Shown here piece by piece: positions 10,665 to 23,335 of a DNA stretch of 64,000 nt; position 1 is the first letter of the stretch; every line of letters starts with the position of its first letter. Origin of the DNA: Amphiscolops sp. MND2022. Taxonomy: Eukaryota. A program made the position numbers and the translations under genes. The notes beneath the pieces were generated by a model. It had not been told where the DNA came from. It saw only the letters and a list, made by a program, of their open reading frames with translations, and ran no database searches. The stretch spans positions 55,180,001 to 55,244,000 of the forward strand of contig OZ076420.1 in assembly GCA_964187785.1 (NCBI GenBank), given 5' to 3'.

Positions 10665-13533
10665 TTTTTGGCGTATGGGTTCTGGTTGTAAACAAAAAGG
10701 GGAATTCTTGAATAAAGAATTTTTAATTTATTTGTTTCACCCTTCCCTCCAAAGAAAGGATGGAAGATGATCTTAGCTACTCGTGTTGATTTTTCAAAAA
10801 AAAAATTTATTAGATTACATGTATATGGTCGCTATAGGCAGGGCGCGACTGCAGGATTGAGGTCAACAAAAAGGTTAGTACTAGCTTTGGTAAGAGGGCT
10901 AGTTTAATTCTAAATATTAATATTTAACTGAAAGCTTCGTTTCTTTTCTCCACTGAGTGGAGGGGAACGGAATTTTAAAGAGTTAAACAGAAAAAGTTTT
11001 TTTTTTGTTTGAAGATTATTTACGTTTTACTTGCTAATTTACTTTGGAATAGGCTATGGAATAGCCTATAGAGCTTTGATCAGTGTTATAGGTGGCTAAT
11101 TATTTGGATGAATGGTAGTGGTCAATATGGTCTAAGCGCAGTGCGCTCTTTCGATTGGACGAACTTGTCACTCACTAAGTTTTCTCAACTTTCTGATTCG
11201 GGTACGGTGGAATGCAGGATTGGTAAAGGATTCGGGGATTGGTACGAAAGAAAGGGTTTAGTTAGCAAGGCGATTTGGATTAAAGCTGTTGAGCTAATGG
11301 GGATACAGTTTTACTTTTTTAGTAAATTCGGTACTGAGGTGTCCAATTTCTTTGGTCAGCAGAGTGAGTTCTTTGGAGGCCGTAGGTTTTGGGAGTACTG
11401 CTATGGCAGTCGATGCGGCTCTGTTGGGAGCGTGGGGGTGCTCCTTGTATTGAAGAGTTATTTTCAAGTCCTTACATGGGTTGTTGGGGACTGAAAGGGG
11501 GCTGTTCTCTGTTCAATTTTCGCGGAATTAGCAAATTTGTCGTCAATCGGCACGTCTGGGAAAGGTGAAAATCACTTCCAGAGCTCGTAGCGACTTGAAA
11601 ATTTCATACCATATATTACATCAGCTGAATCGTGGGAAATTGAACGCCAATTGAACAGAAATTGACCCTGTGGGTGTTACGGTCACTTAACAATGTTCAT
11701 TGAAAAATTGACTGTCGCGAAATTCGCAAAAGGTGGTCAAACTCGCATTCTGGGCGTTCTAGCTACCTGAAATTTTGCATGCGAGCGTAACTTGTGCTCA
11801 CATAACGGAAAAGTATGGCGGCGAGGTGCCTGGATCGATACTTGGCAATTCGAGGTGACAAAACCTTTATGTACCTGAGGTGCCACTTTTTCGGGTCAAA
11901 GTTCACAAAAATGTCAATTTCTCAGCTTTGGTTAGTAGCCGGCTGCTCAAATTGCACAAATCGTCGTGATCTAGTGCCGTGCGCACGAAAATGCAAGAAT
12001 TTTAGTGCTGGGAGACCTGCAAGGTATTGCACTTTGCTCAACTAAAATTCGATTTTTTCGACAATTTCGTACACTTTTTGAGCAAAACTGCGGCTAAGAT
12101 TTCTCAAGGACTAGCAGCGCTAGCGCAATGAAAATTACACCACTAACCTTACTTTTTGCAATCTACACGATGGTGCAATTCGTTTTGAGTTGCTCCTGCT
12201 GGGAGAGATTTCGACCTGCTCTGGTAACACTACACCAATGTTCCGAAATTGTCACTAAAATGTCGCGTTTTTGGCAATTTCTCAACAACCACTGGTTGGA
12301 ATCACTCGCGGTTTTCTGCGTTTGCAACGTGAGGGTATATACTGACAGAAAATAAGCAAGCGAAACCTGGTAGGTTCCAAATAGGGTCTATCAAAAATTT
12401 TTCAAGTTGCACTTTTTACACTCTCGGAACAATACTGAAATAACGTGTTTTCACCAAGAAATTGTTATTTATCGGTTCTTGGGCGTTTGGGATTGTTCCA
12501 ATAGTACTGTGAGAGAGTGTGACAACTTATTTTAAGTGGCTGGGGTTCGTTCAGTTATTATTTTTGATGTTATATGGCTCAGGTCTATGGGGTCCTCTAC
12601 TCAGGTCTATGTAATCAAAAGAAACAAGTTATTAAAGTTTCAATTTCTATTGGGGAGCCCTAAAAAGCAACTTGGTAGTAGTGTTTCGTACTACCAAGTT
12701 GGGGGGAAAGATTTTTGGGCTGATTCAGAAGCTTGGAAGCTAGCGTCCAAGGCTTTGTCCTCGTCAAATTGGGTCAAAATGGCCAAATTTGACGATTTTT
12801 TAACAAAAATTGCTGAATTTTTCGCTATTTTTGGAAAAATGACCCTGCAAAATTTTTTGTTCCTGACCCAGGGGGTCTGTTGGAACGTTTTTCTAGTATT
12901 CCCACTGGCCTTACTCTGTTTGATAAATATTTGCTTTCAAAATTGAAAATTTCGATAATTGAGCTATAAATAACGTTATTTTCGAGGTTTTCGAGCTCAA
13001 ATTTTTTAACAACTGATCGGAATACCCTGTGGGTATTTTTCTCAGTTAGTTATATTGGTAATAGGCCTGGGAATACTCTTTTTGGGCCGTTAAATTAAGA
13101 AAATAGACGATTTCACCCGTCTGACGTGATGTACTGCAATCACAGGGGCGTGGGAGGAGTGGTTGTGTAGGACGTCACAACGTCATCACAGCTGGTGGGA
13201 ACCTTCGGCGTTCGTCCTCTCTGTCCCCATACATTGCAAATTAGCTGAAAATAAGCTAGAAAACCCTTTAAAACACGTTCCGGACAGGCCGGAATAGCTT
13301 TTTTATTAGGTTTTAGTAAGGAAAAAGGGGGTACACTGTTAAGAACGGTTAATTTCTATAAGTAGACCTCAGAAACACGGGGAAAACGCAGGAATAACAC
13401 TAGTACAAAGCCCAGAGGGCCAGAAAAATGCTATAAAATGAAATCTAGGACCCTCCCTTGAGCTTTTCCTAGATCCGGACCTAACAGGGCCGGAAAGCAG
13501 AAGTTGCTCCTACCTGTACGCAATATGAAAAAT

Positions 13534-13551
13534 ATCCCTCTGTGGTCGCCA
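13534..13551 (-). promoter_or_regulatory. Primer-binding site TGGCGACCACAGAGGGAT (tRNA-Arg(UCG)-like)
   Basis: Plus strand ATCCCTCTGTGGTCGCCA resembles the 3' end of animal tRNA-Arg(UCG) plus CCA (recalled, not aligned); correct orientation upstream of gag. Confidence 0.7.
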
Positions 13552-13567
13552 TAAAAACTATTCCAGA

Positions 13568-13981
13568 TGTAACATCCGGCTAGCGGCGCACAACTAGGAA
13601 GAGGGACAATGCCTAGGATGCTCAAACAGGAGACCGTTGTCTTACTACATACCTAGACACTAGTTTTTGATCCCAAAATGGTCTCCAAGGGGGACTTTTC
13701 TAACGTCTAAGGAGGCTTCTCTGGTTAGAGCTCCGAAGCGACGCGCCGGCACTCTCAAAGTCCGAACACGCCCCACAAGCCTGTAAAAACAATCCTAAGA
13801 TTTCTAATGTACTCCTGCGAGTTCCTACATGCTTCCGAGGTCAAAACAGTGATTTAGCTGGAAAACATAGTATTTGGCAAATAAGATATAAAATGACCTA
13901 GAAGGTCAAACATCTTCCAAATATCGAAGGGAATTATGAAAATAACAAGGAAAAACGGGGATAAACCCCAATTACTTTACA
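13568..13981 (-). repeat. Candidate 5' LTR (~414 bp, TGTAA...TTACA)
   Basis: 5-bp inverted termini, 16 nt from the PBS; the partner LTR is outside the window, so unconfirmed. Confidence 0.5.
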
Positions 13982-15040
13982 GTTTCACGCCATAATTCGG
14001 AATATGCCTCTGGCAATCTTCATCTGATGTTGTTGAATTTCGTAGGAGATGACACAAAATCCCGATAATCGCCATTCTGACATTCCTCGATCTTCTTGCT
14101 CTTTCATCTTTTTCTGCTGTTTTTCCGGCACGTGTTCTCTTGCTCGCTCTCCGCGTGTTATCTTTTTTCTTTCACACTTTTGGTACCTGTCAGGTCGGCC
14201 ATCTTTTTTCTTCTATTTTGACATCGCACATTTCGAATTTTTCATCGAAATTTTGGTCATGCCGGTGGCAGACGTTACATATATATATATGCTCAAAAAC
14301 GCAAAGTCTCAAAGTTACTGCCAGTCGTCGCTTCACGCAACATCTAATAATTGTAGGAGATCAATGAAGTTCAAAAAGGTGCTCTGCAGCCTCGAAAAAC
14401 GTTTTTCTCCGACTGAAATTCTCAGAAAAAACAATTAGGTGACAAATATTTCCACAAAAAACGCCTAATGACGAAACATGACACACAGCTCTGAGAGACT
14501 GAAAGAAACGACAGGATCTTTTGTGCTCTTTGAGCCACTTTTTCAAAAGTGAAACGGTCTGAAAGCAATGGCCACTCCTTTGTAATGAAGAATGTCTTCA
14601 ATAAATTGGACAGTTACAAAAAACCTCAAGGATTTGCTACTTTCTAGCCTTGATGATGTTTCTACCTTGTGGTCCTAGATACCAATGATCTTAAATGCAT
14701 TTTAGATACAATTCAGTGAATATGAAAAATTTTAAGAAGTTGAACAAAATGTGGACCACTCAGTGTGACAACTGACAAAAAAACTACTTCGTTAAGAATT
14801 GGACACTTCTTGTTTTTGAGAAAGCGACGACAGAAAAGGTCAATTCTAAAAGTGATATAAAAACAAGGAAAGAGTAAAACGGGAAAAAACAGAAGGTTCT
14901 CACTCACGAGTAAAAGAAAATAACAAAATAGAAGAAAACGGCACACATATGTCCTCTGCTTGTTCTTGACGATTGTCAAAGAGACAATCTCGTGTAAGGT
15001 CACTTCTAAAGTTGCTTTTAGTTTTCTTACTGCGGTAGTC

Positions 15041-15240
15041 NNNNNNNNNNNNNNNNNNNNNNNNNNNNNNNNNNNNNNNNNNNNNNNNNNNNNNNNNNNN
15101 NNNNNNNNNNNNNNNNNNNNNNNNNNNNNNNNNNNNNNNNNNNNNNNNNNNNNNNNNNNNNNNNNNNNNNNNNNNNNNNNNNNNNNNNNNNNNNNNNNNN
15201 NNNNNNNNNNNNNNNNNNNNNNNNNNNNNNNNNNNNNNNN
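15041..15240. other. Assembly gap (200 N)
   Basis: Run of N. Confidence 1.
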
Positions 15241-16135
15241 CAATCTTTGCGAATCTGTAAAGATCTGCAGGGTTTTTTTCTGCAGGGTTCTGCAAAGATC
15301 GTTGCACTGAATCTTGAAGATCCATACAGATCTGCAAGATCTTTGCAGAAGTGTGCAGATCTGCAAGATCTTTACAGAAGTGTGCAGATTCTTTTTAAAG
15401 ATTTCGGCAGAAATATGTTTTTCTGCAGCTTCTAAGGAACCAGTATACTGATTTTTGGACTTCAACTACTTCATCGAGTATTTTAGCTGTCAGTCAGTTG
15501 AAACTCTCCATCACTCAAAAGTCTTGAGAAGGAAAATTTGTCCCCATCACGAAAAATTTTGTGACGGGAGAAAGTGCAGTTTTGGTAATTTATCAATTTC
15601 ATTCGAACTTTCTAGAAGTGATTGTTGAACTTTAAGAGATTCGTTTGCCATATTGACTTCGCTTTGGCCGATAAAATTTGACATGTGGCAACCATCTGGG
15701 TTGGTCGATGTGTTGATGAAAAGTTGTTTTTGTAATATTTCCGCAACATAGTTTGTTGGAGTATTTTTAGTAATTGCTGTTAACTTGGAATTCGTTATAG
15801 TAATTGTTTGGCTCTGTAAAGATCTGCAAAACTCTACAGATCTGTACAGATTGCTGCAGAAAAATGTTTCATCATTTTGCCATAAATGAGACTTCTCTCC
15901 AGTACATGATGTTTCCTTCAACCACATATGTAGTGACAGCCACAGCATCATCTCGAAGCGTTCAAATCGAAGACGGATTGGTGACCCAGGTTTTCGATCT
16001 TTGCGAATCTGTGCAGATCTGCAGGATTTTTGCAGATCTTTGCAGATATGTGCAGATCTGCAGAATTTTTACAGATCTTTACAGATATTTGCAGATCTGC
16101 AGAATTTTTACAGATCTGTGCAGATATGTGCAGAT
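15241..16135. repeat. Low-complexity AGATCT/CTGCAG-rich ~10-bp satellite patches (15241-15410, 15812-15860, 15997-16135)
   Basis: Recurrent GCAGATCTTT/ACAGATCTGT-type units on both strands. Confidence 0.8.
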
Positions 16136-16280
16136 TCGAAATAAAACTGACGTACTCAGAAATACAATGAAAACCCCACAGAGATGTCAAACGAATATTA
16201 AAAGTGTTTAAAACTGGAGAGAAGTCTCATTTATGGCAAAATGATGAAACATTTTTCTGCAGCAATCTGTACAGATCTGT
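15836..16280. repeat. 68-bp perfect inverted repeat (15836-15903 / 16213-16280)
   Basis: Arms are exact reverse complements; both strands give TGEKSHLWQNDETFFCSNLYRSV in the ORF track. Confidence 0.9.
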
Positions 16281-16297
16281 CTACGGTATTCCAGAAT

Positions 16298-16630
16298 TTA
16301 CTGAATACGGTATTCCAGAACACCAAAAGGTTCCAGACCCCCGAACTCAGACAGCATCAGATCTTTCACAATCTGGAGCACGACCCGCTGAGTGAACACT
16401 CCTGAGACCAACGGTTTCACTGGAGACGAAACTGCAACAGGACAAAGCATGGCCGATATGTATGATACATATCGGCCATGCTTTGTCCTGTTGCAGTTTC
16501 GTCTCCAGTGAAACCGTTGGTCTCAGGAGTGTTCACTCAGCGGGTCGTGCTCCAGATTGTGAAAGATCTGATGCTGTCTGAGTTCGGGGGTCTGGAACCT
16601 TTTGGTGTTCTGGAATACCGTATTCAGTAA
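16298..16630. repeat. 333-bp perfect palindrome (166-bp arms, 1-nt centre G16464)
   Basis: ...CCGATATGTAT-G-ATACATATCGG...; arms read as exact reverse complements. Confidence 0.93.
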
Positions 16631-16795
16631 TCGTTCTCGTTTTACGGAATGAACCACGAATGATTGTCCTCGTCATCGCACACTGATACTGACATTGGCA
16701 CTTGTCTCGATGCCATTCTCCAGTTGATCGATCTGTTGTTATCGGTCTGGATGATTGTAGATTCGTCATTAGAATGATTGTTATGAATAACAGTT
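16465..16795 (-). pseudogene. Coding-like fragment shared with 37700-37825 and 54050-54180
   Basis: HNNH.NDESTIIQTDN.RSINW.MASRQVPMSVSVCDD is encoded at all three places. Confidence 0.65.
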
Positions 16796-16829
16796 AAAAT
16801 CAATCATTGTTCTTTAAAATGTGCTTCCA

Positions 16830-16945
16830 AACGGACAGAGTTCCATATTTACAAAACTACGAACTTTGCATTAAGCATTTAAAACATTTGGGTCTTTTGC
16901 CACGAAGTTTAAATTGTCCCATTTGCAACTTGATAAATGATAATG
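16830..16945 (+). pseudogene. Possible Merlin/IS1595-like transposase N-terminal zinc-ribbon fragment
   Basis: LCIKHLKHLGLLPRSLNCPIC resembles the C..L...GLL....CP.C start; no catalytic core follows. Confidence 0.3.
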
Positions 16946-17306
16946 AAAATTATACCTGGATGGCATCAAAGACCGTGTTTGACTTAGTAAGTTTTACCTA
17001 GTGCAGAAACAATCAACGCTAGTTATCATTTAAATGCTTGCAGAAAATGTTGTACTCAAGGTCTTGCTGGAGTAGTCGGTTGCGCGAAAGATTGCTCTCA
17101 CACTAGTTGCATAGTGAAATATGGTGGTTCCAACCACGGTAGGAGACACCTTCATGGTTCATGGAATAGATACCACTGTGATTGTTGATGTTTCAATCGC
17201 CTCCACGGTGGAAATAATGTAGCAGTAGTGAGAGCAATGTCCTCCACTTCCTCGCGCAGTATGATTACTTCAACCAGGCTTTTTGGAAATATTTGTTCAT
17301 ATACTG

Positions 17307-17735
17307 CGTTACAGTTTATGCGTGACCAGTAATTGACAAATCAGTGGATGAGGAAAAGGAGTTTTTCCTTTAGTTTGACTGCATAAACTAGTACAAGTCA
17401 CACTACAGTAATTTGTCGCAACGGTCGCTCTGAGGCGGGGAGCATACAGAAGCAGCAAACTTCATCACTTTTCTATCCTTCGGTCCAGTCTGACCGGAAA
17501 ACTTCTCTCCCTTGTCGTGACAAACCATTATTTTTAGTGACCATTCTTTAGTAGAAAATCATTCTACTAAAGTATCTGTAATGTAAATACTATGTCTTAT
17601 GTAAAATATGTCTAATCGAAAAATATGATAATCGATCTTCAGGTGTGGACTAACTTAACCTGACACTTTGAAATTACTTTGAAATATGAAACGACTTTAA
17701 AGTATGAAACGTGCCTGAGATTTATCCCCATCAAC
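17307..17735. repeat. ~430-bp LTR-like block, inverted copy of 43316-43741
   Basis: Near-identical reverse complement; contains the TGTCACGACAAGGGAGAG segment also at 35906-35960. Confidence 0.8.
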
Positions 17736-18411
17736 TCTAGTGCCATCTTATATATTAGCACTAAATTAGTCGTATATTAGTTATTTCACTTGCTTTTCCC
17801 TACTTTCATTCCCTGAAAACATTACATGCAGTTTTACATATAGTTAGTTATACAGTGCATCGATTAATATTTCACAAAAAAAATATTTTCCCATCCATTC
17901 AGCAGTACCCATTTCTCCATTTCATTCAGTTGTTGCAAATTTCATGTATTGCCAATACATGCAGTGCGTCAATTCAAGTTAACAACCAAAACAATCAGTC
18001 GTCATCATCAGTTAGTGCATTGATCTATACTATCATAGTATACTTCTAGCCCACTTTTAGCTCCGACTAGTAGCACTGAACGATGGGCAAAAGATGTAAA
18101 GATTTGTTCTTTCATCGTTTTCCAGATTTTCACTCAATTGCGTGTGTTGCCGACGGCGTCAAAAATTGTCAGTGAATAATCTCATCGATAACCTTGTCAA
18201 AAAATCAGGAAGCGACCCGTTCTCTACTAGTAAGGCTCTTTTAGTAAGGCAACTTCCTATTATCTCTCAATCTCCCGGAATGGCTGTCTGACGACTTGGC
18301 AAGATTTTAGTGCAATGTCAGTCTAGTACCGTGTGACACCGCACTGACGGGAGAGAATGAATTTGCGATGTTTTACAGAGGAATTAAAAAATTTGGACTG
18401 AACGATGAGTT

Positions 18412-18885
18412 CACACGACGGTTCATCACACAAATCCATCAGCGGATAGGTAATTAACAAGAATTCAAGTGATTAACACCAATTTATAATAGCGCCATGA
18501 TGGTTTATTGAGTGATGATCAGGTTATTCCATCATGGCGGTATGCCTCAGTAAGGCATTTGGCCACGAGTGATACTAATTACTAATTAGTAACACCTCAA
18601 TTTAAGGCTGACTCAAATTAACTTAAGCTGACTCAAGTTGATCTACTAGTAATTGACCTAATCTAATATCTCCTTGTCAACTCGATTGTTCAGTTCACTT
18701 CTCTCTCCAATCTTCTTGCTTTGCATTTCGACCTTACAAACTTTAGAAACAAACTTGCATTTCTAGCTTAAAACTTGGAATTTTCTGAAACTTCTAACTA
18801 CTAGAGTTAGTTTTTACTTTTTAGTAAAATTTGACGTCTTTCTTTCCCTATTTGATTTAATCTACTAGAGTAATCTACTATTAGT
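18412..18885 (+). promoter_or_regulatory. Shared upstream module P, copy 1
   Basis: High identity to ~46905-47415 and ~59410-60146; ends in TTGACGTC...CCTATTTGATTTAATCTACTAGAGTAATCTACTATT just before a coding exon. Promoter role is inferred. Confidence 0.65.
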
Positions 18886-18899
18886 AATTTATCAATCCA

Positions 18900-21214
18900 T
18901 TGGCGGTAAACCCAAATTCCAGAACGCAGTTTTCCAAAATTTTCAAATGTGGCGACCTGGTGCAATGCTTCGAGGAGGAATGTGGACTTTGGCGATCTGC
19001 ATACGTTAAAGAGTTCATCGGCACACACAAGGTAATAGATTTGTGTCAGTTGTGAAAGTTTTTGCTTAATGGTAGATTTTAATGGTTTTTTTGCTTAGTC
19101 CGACTAAGCATTCATTCAGCGTGTTTTTCCTAAAAACAGCAAAATAAGTGAAATTAGTGAAAATAAGTGAAAAATTTTCCGGTCTTTAATCATTAGATTT
19201 GATTGGATGATCATTGGATGCGTGATTATCATGTACGCAAGAATATAAAGTTTAGACCAGGGATTTCAAAGATTCACGCAAAATCATTTCTAAAAATTAC
19301 GCTAAAAATCACCCAAAAAAACTTCTCGCTTAAATTCACGCTTAAATCACGGAAAAATCAGTTCAATACATCATTTATTTGATGGTATAAATTACAATTT
19401 TGATGCATTTCAGCATAAAAATCGTTTGAATAAAAAATACCACACAACATCGCATAGGGTAGATCTAAAATTCTCACACTGTGACTGGAAATCACTTTCA
19501 AAGTGAAAAGCAATCAAAGTGTGTAAGTTAGTGCTAACTTTGACTGTTTTCCACTCTGAAGCATTCGTCATTTCAAATGACGAATGCTTCAGAGTGGAAA
19601 ACAGTCAAAGTTAGCACTAACTTACACACTTTCATTGGTTTTCACTTTGAAAGTTAATTCCAGTCAAAATGAGGACAAGAGGAGTCAATTATTCGTAGAC
19701 ATCGCCTCGTGTTGGTTTAGATGGATGTTATTCGCTTGTCCTGAGGAGTCCTGGTAACTTACTTGTAAAGTAAAACACTTAATTTACCGTAACTAAAGTT
19801 TAAAATTAGGATTTTTCTGACTTTTGTGAGACTTTAGGCTGTGTTGGACATTTTCTGTTCAATGGAGTCCTGGAGCCCCCTTTCCAAATCATCATGATAG
19901 GATTCTTTTTAGGCCAATGTGAAATGGCTGAACTACACCAGCAAGTACGCAGCGGGAGTGATAGAAGCAGCGCCCAAGTTTCGTGAACACCCAGAAAAAT
20001 GGCCCATTCGATCGAATGAAACAAATGCCCCAGGATATGCTAGTAGTCGTAGGGTCGAATATCTCCTCAGTCTCGAAGTTCTGGGCTATATGAAGGAAAA
20101 ACGGGTCAGAAATGACAAAGTTCATTACAGTTGTCGGCAATCTTTGGACAACGAAGGCCCGACCGAACCCGAAGTCGTCAAAGCCTATGTGATCAAAAAC
20201 GATCCTTTTTTGAAAGAAATGCTGGTGTCACCGACGGTAGTGCCACTCAGGGATGGAGAATTTATCGACGATCAGATTGAAAAAATCGAGGTCACAAAAA
20301 TTTCGTATTTCCAGCTGCGGCCTGAAAACTACAAAAAGTCTTCAAGTTTTAGAAAAAAGCGATCATTGACTTTCGTGGACCCTCCGTCTGACACAGACGA
20401 ACTGGAAAGTGCCACTGGTGATTCACTGGCAGAAGATTGTTCCATAAAGTCACCGAGGGTTCCTAAAAGTCAGAACGAGTGCTCCGAGTCGAATTGTCAT
20501 AATACTAAGAGAAAACCACTGGCAAAGATCAGAGTCATCAAGGCACTGAATGGGGGACCATGTGATCCATTTAAAAACAAACCCAATGCACGGACTGACC
20601 TAGTTTGTGTCCCAGTTGCTACTGGAGTGGTAACCAGAGGTGACACCGTGACAATACTGGGGACGACATGGAAGGTGAATGGACTGTATTGGCACGACAC
20701 AAAAGCATTCATCGAAGTAGAAAAAGACGATGACATCTTGTTCAAGTCTACAGTTCCCCTCAATTATGTGCAGAAAGAAACTGAAGTCTTATCCAACAAT
20801 AGCCCTTGCATGCCTCTCTACGAAGAGTATTCGCTAGTCTACTGGGCTTACTCAAACCTCAAGCATCTTTTGATGCATTCCTTTAATGACAAGAGCAGGA
20901 TTAAGGACATCAAAAGAGACTTGGTCCCGTGTACCCCCGCAACCTTACATGCTTTTGGCATTGAAGAAGGCCCAGTAACTTTCAGCATCAAGGAAGAAGG
21001 TCCCTTTTCCACGGCGACATGGGATCACGTGCTGGGAGATCAATGGGATAAAGTGGCTGACGGCACAGCTGTTATCATGACCCTCAGGTTCAAGCAAGAT
21101 AAAAGCTGTGCACTCAACTTCAATACGAGTATCTTTGTTCACGTGACCCTTGTCTCAAACGTTAACTTCAAAACAATGCAAGGGTACCGACTGCACGTCA
21201 AAGAGCACTGTTGA
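18900..21214 (+). CDS. Two-exon gene (18900-19031, 19913-21214; ~477 aa) with N-terminal Tudor/chromo-barrel-like domain; start codon reads TTG
   Basis: Phase-0 AAG|GTAATA donor and TTTTTAG|GCC acceptor join FKCGDLVQCFEEECGLWRSAYVKEFIGTHK to ANVKWLNYTSKY, a Royal-family-like pattern; exon 2 is the 431-aa ORF. Confidence 0.62.
19482..19666. repeat. 185-bp palindrome (92-bp arms, 1-nt centre C19574) inside the intron
   Basis: GTCATTT-C-AAATGAC centre; inner part perfect, a few outer mismatches; arm sequence also occurs unpaired at ~42345-42410, ~55325-55390 and ~58260-58330. Confidence 0.9.
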
Positions 21215-21841
21215 CTACTTCTGTTGAAACTTCTGTTTTTGAAATTTCCCCAAGTTTCTTCTCAGCAAAAGGCAGTCCCCGAATTTCATCAAAGCATTTT
21301 TCAAATTTTCCGAACGTTTGAAAACAATGAAAAAAAATACACAAAAGAAGTGAAGATGCTAGTCTTTATGCTTGCTGATGGAGATAATGTAGCTTACATT
21401 AATCAGTTGAACTCTTGATTGGAATTATGTGATAATTGAATGTCTATTTTGGAAATTCATCCTTTCACCTAATTGACTAGTTATTTTAGAATGGCGTTAT
21501 GCTACACTTGAAAGACAAACACTATATTTGAAGACATTCTGAGACTCCAGAAAAGTGAAATTTCTGATTATTTCGAATGGGTAAATTTGAACTTTTTTTA
21601 CCAATGTCTAGAGTATTGTATTATCTTAGTCTCATTAAAATTGCTATTAGAAAACTGTGATTACAAACTAATTCAATTCTAACTAATTGTCAATATACAG
21701 GGCAAATTGTCAATATAATAGTGAAGCATACTAAAAATTGAAACAAATGTAAAATTGTAAGAGATCATAGAAGAAGGGGGCCCTTTTGACTACCCCCATC
21801 CCCACAGTGGTCTTCTAGCGTCATCCCCTTGACTTTTCCCC

Positions 21842-22304
21842 ACTTGGAAGCAGTAATGACGACTGCAAGTGTTGGTCGTCACTAGAAGTGTTTGTTGAAA
21901 CGGAATATCATTTGAACAACTTGGAAGCAGTAATGACGACTGCAAGTGTTGGTCGTCACTAGAAGTGTTTGTTGAAACGGAATATCATTTTAACAACTTG
22001 GAAGCAGTAATGACGACTGCAAGTGTTGGTCGTCACTAGAAGTGTTTGTTGAAACGGAATATCATTTGAACAACTTGGAAGCAGTAATGACGACTGCAAG
22101 TGTTGGTCGTCACTAAAAGTGTTTGTTGAAACGGAATATCATTTGAACAACTTGGAAGCAGTAATGACGACTGCAAGTGTTGGTCGTCACTAGAAGTGTT
22201 TGTTGAAACGGAATATCATTTGAACAACTTGGAAGCAGTAATGACGACTGCAAGTGTTGGTCGTCACTAAAAGTGTTTGTTGAAACGGAATATCATTTGA
22301 ACAA
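21842..22304 (+). repeat. 77-bp tandem repeat array 1 (~6 units)
   Basis: Unit AACAACTTGGAAGCAGTAATGACGACTGCAAGTGTTGGTCGTCACTAGAAGTGTTTGTTGAAACGGAATATCATTTG. Confidence 0.95.
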
Positions 22305-23335
22305 TGATATTCGATTTTTAAATTTCATCTCAATTACATCAGCTACACACGCGATTTAGTGAAATTCTGGACTGGAAAACGACAAAAGAACGATGAAAAT
22401 TTTACATTATTCAGTGCTACTAGTCGAATAATCATGCTCAATGATGAAGCGATGTAAAAACGATGATCTTTTCAAGAACAAATAAAAGCACAGCTTTTTT
22501 GAATTAAATTTTTGCCCTTCAAAAGCTAATTTCAGCCCGGGCCGAAAGAATAAATCAGTGTCAAGCATTCAAAACCAAATATCTCGTAAACTGTCATGAA
22601 TACAAACATTTGCCAGCTAGAAAAGTTTCTTAGAATTTAATCTAGTTTACAAAAATGTTTGTTTGAAATTTCTGCGACAAAAATTACAAAAGTTAGAAAT
22701 TGCAAATTTTGACAAAGTTTAATCAAATTTGCACTTTTTCTTCATTTCAACAAAGTTGAAAAAAAATTTTTGCAAACTTTTCAGTCAATCATTTGCCCCC
22801 AAATCTCCTGAGGATGCTGATATGATTTGATCGAGAAACTTTTTCGATTCAAATAAAAGTCACCAATTTTCTAAATGCAATTCTTATAGCCTATCTTAAT
22901 ACATGTACTTCAGTGCTCATAGAAACAAAACATAGTGTACATGAATAAAAACACAACGCTATTGCCAAAAGCCACTACAAATACGACTTGCATGTAAATT
23001 GAACAAATACAATCTCTCCGAAGTAGAAATACAAACGAAACATGCATCCCAAAACTGCTCCCATAATGCCCTATCTCGCCACTACATAAACTGTATATAG
23101 AATCACAATCAAAACTCCGTATACTTACAAATTCCTTGGACTTACTGGAAACAAAAAAAATCGGAGAAAAAATTAATTATCCATCGAATTAAAAGATCAT
23201 CAATTCAAATTCTCTCTAACTACAAAATCGAATGGCCAAAAATATCAATACAAGGTAAGCGCTTTGCACTTACTAAACAAAATAAATGTACATAATCAAT
23301 CAAGTTCATAGTCTAACAAATCAAAATAACAATCT

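Larger units (their letters stand above)
1..13981 (-). mobile_element. Ty3/Gypsy LTR retrotransposon, decayed copy; 3' end lies outside the window
   Basis: Domain order gag(CCHC)-PR(DTG)-RT(YIDD)-RNase H(DAS..E..DN)-IN(HHCC, D..D..E, GPY/F-like GPHKV) on the minus strand is the Ty3/Gypsy order; PBS and TG...CA block at 13.5-14 kb. Confidence 0.92.

Noticed and set aside
1087-10770. Numerous short overlapping or antisense ORFs within gag-pol
   Set aside because: Shadow frames of the retroelement coding sequence, with no domain signal.
14713-15465. ORFs of 250, 145 and 116 aa
   Set aside because: They span the N gap and low-complexity satellite; artefacts.
15547-16395. ORFs with ICRIF/RSV repeats
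   Set aside because: Translations of the AGATCT satellite and inverted repeat.
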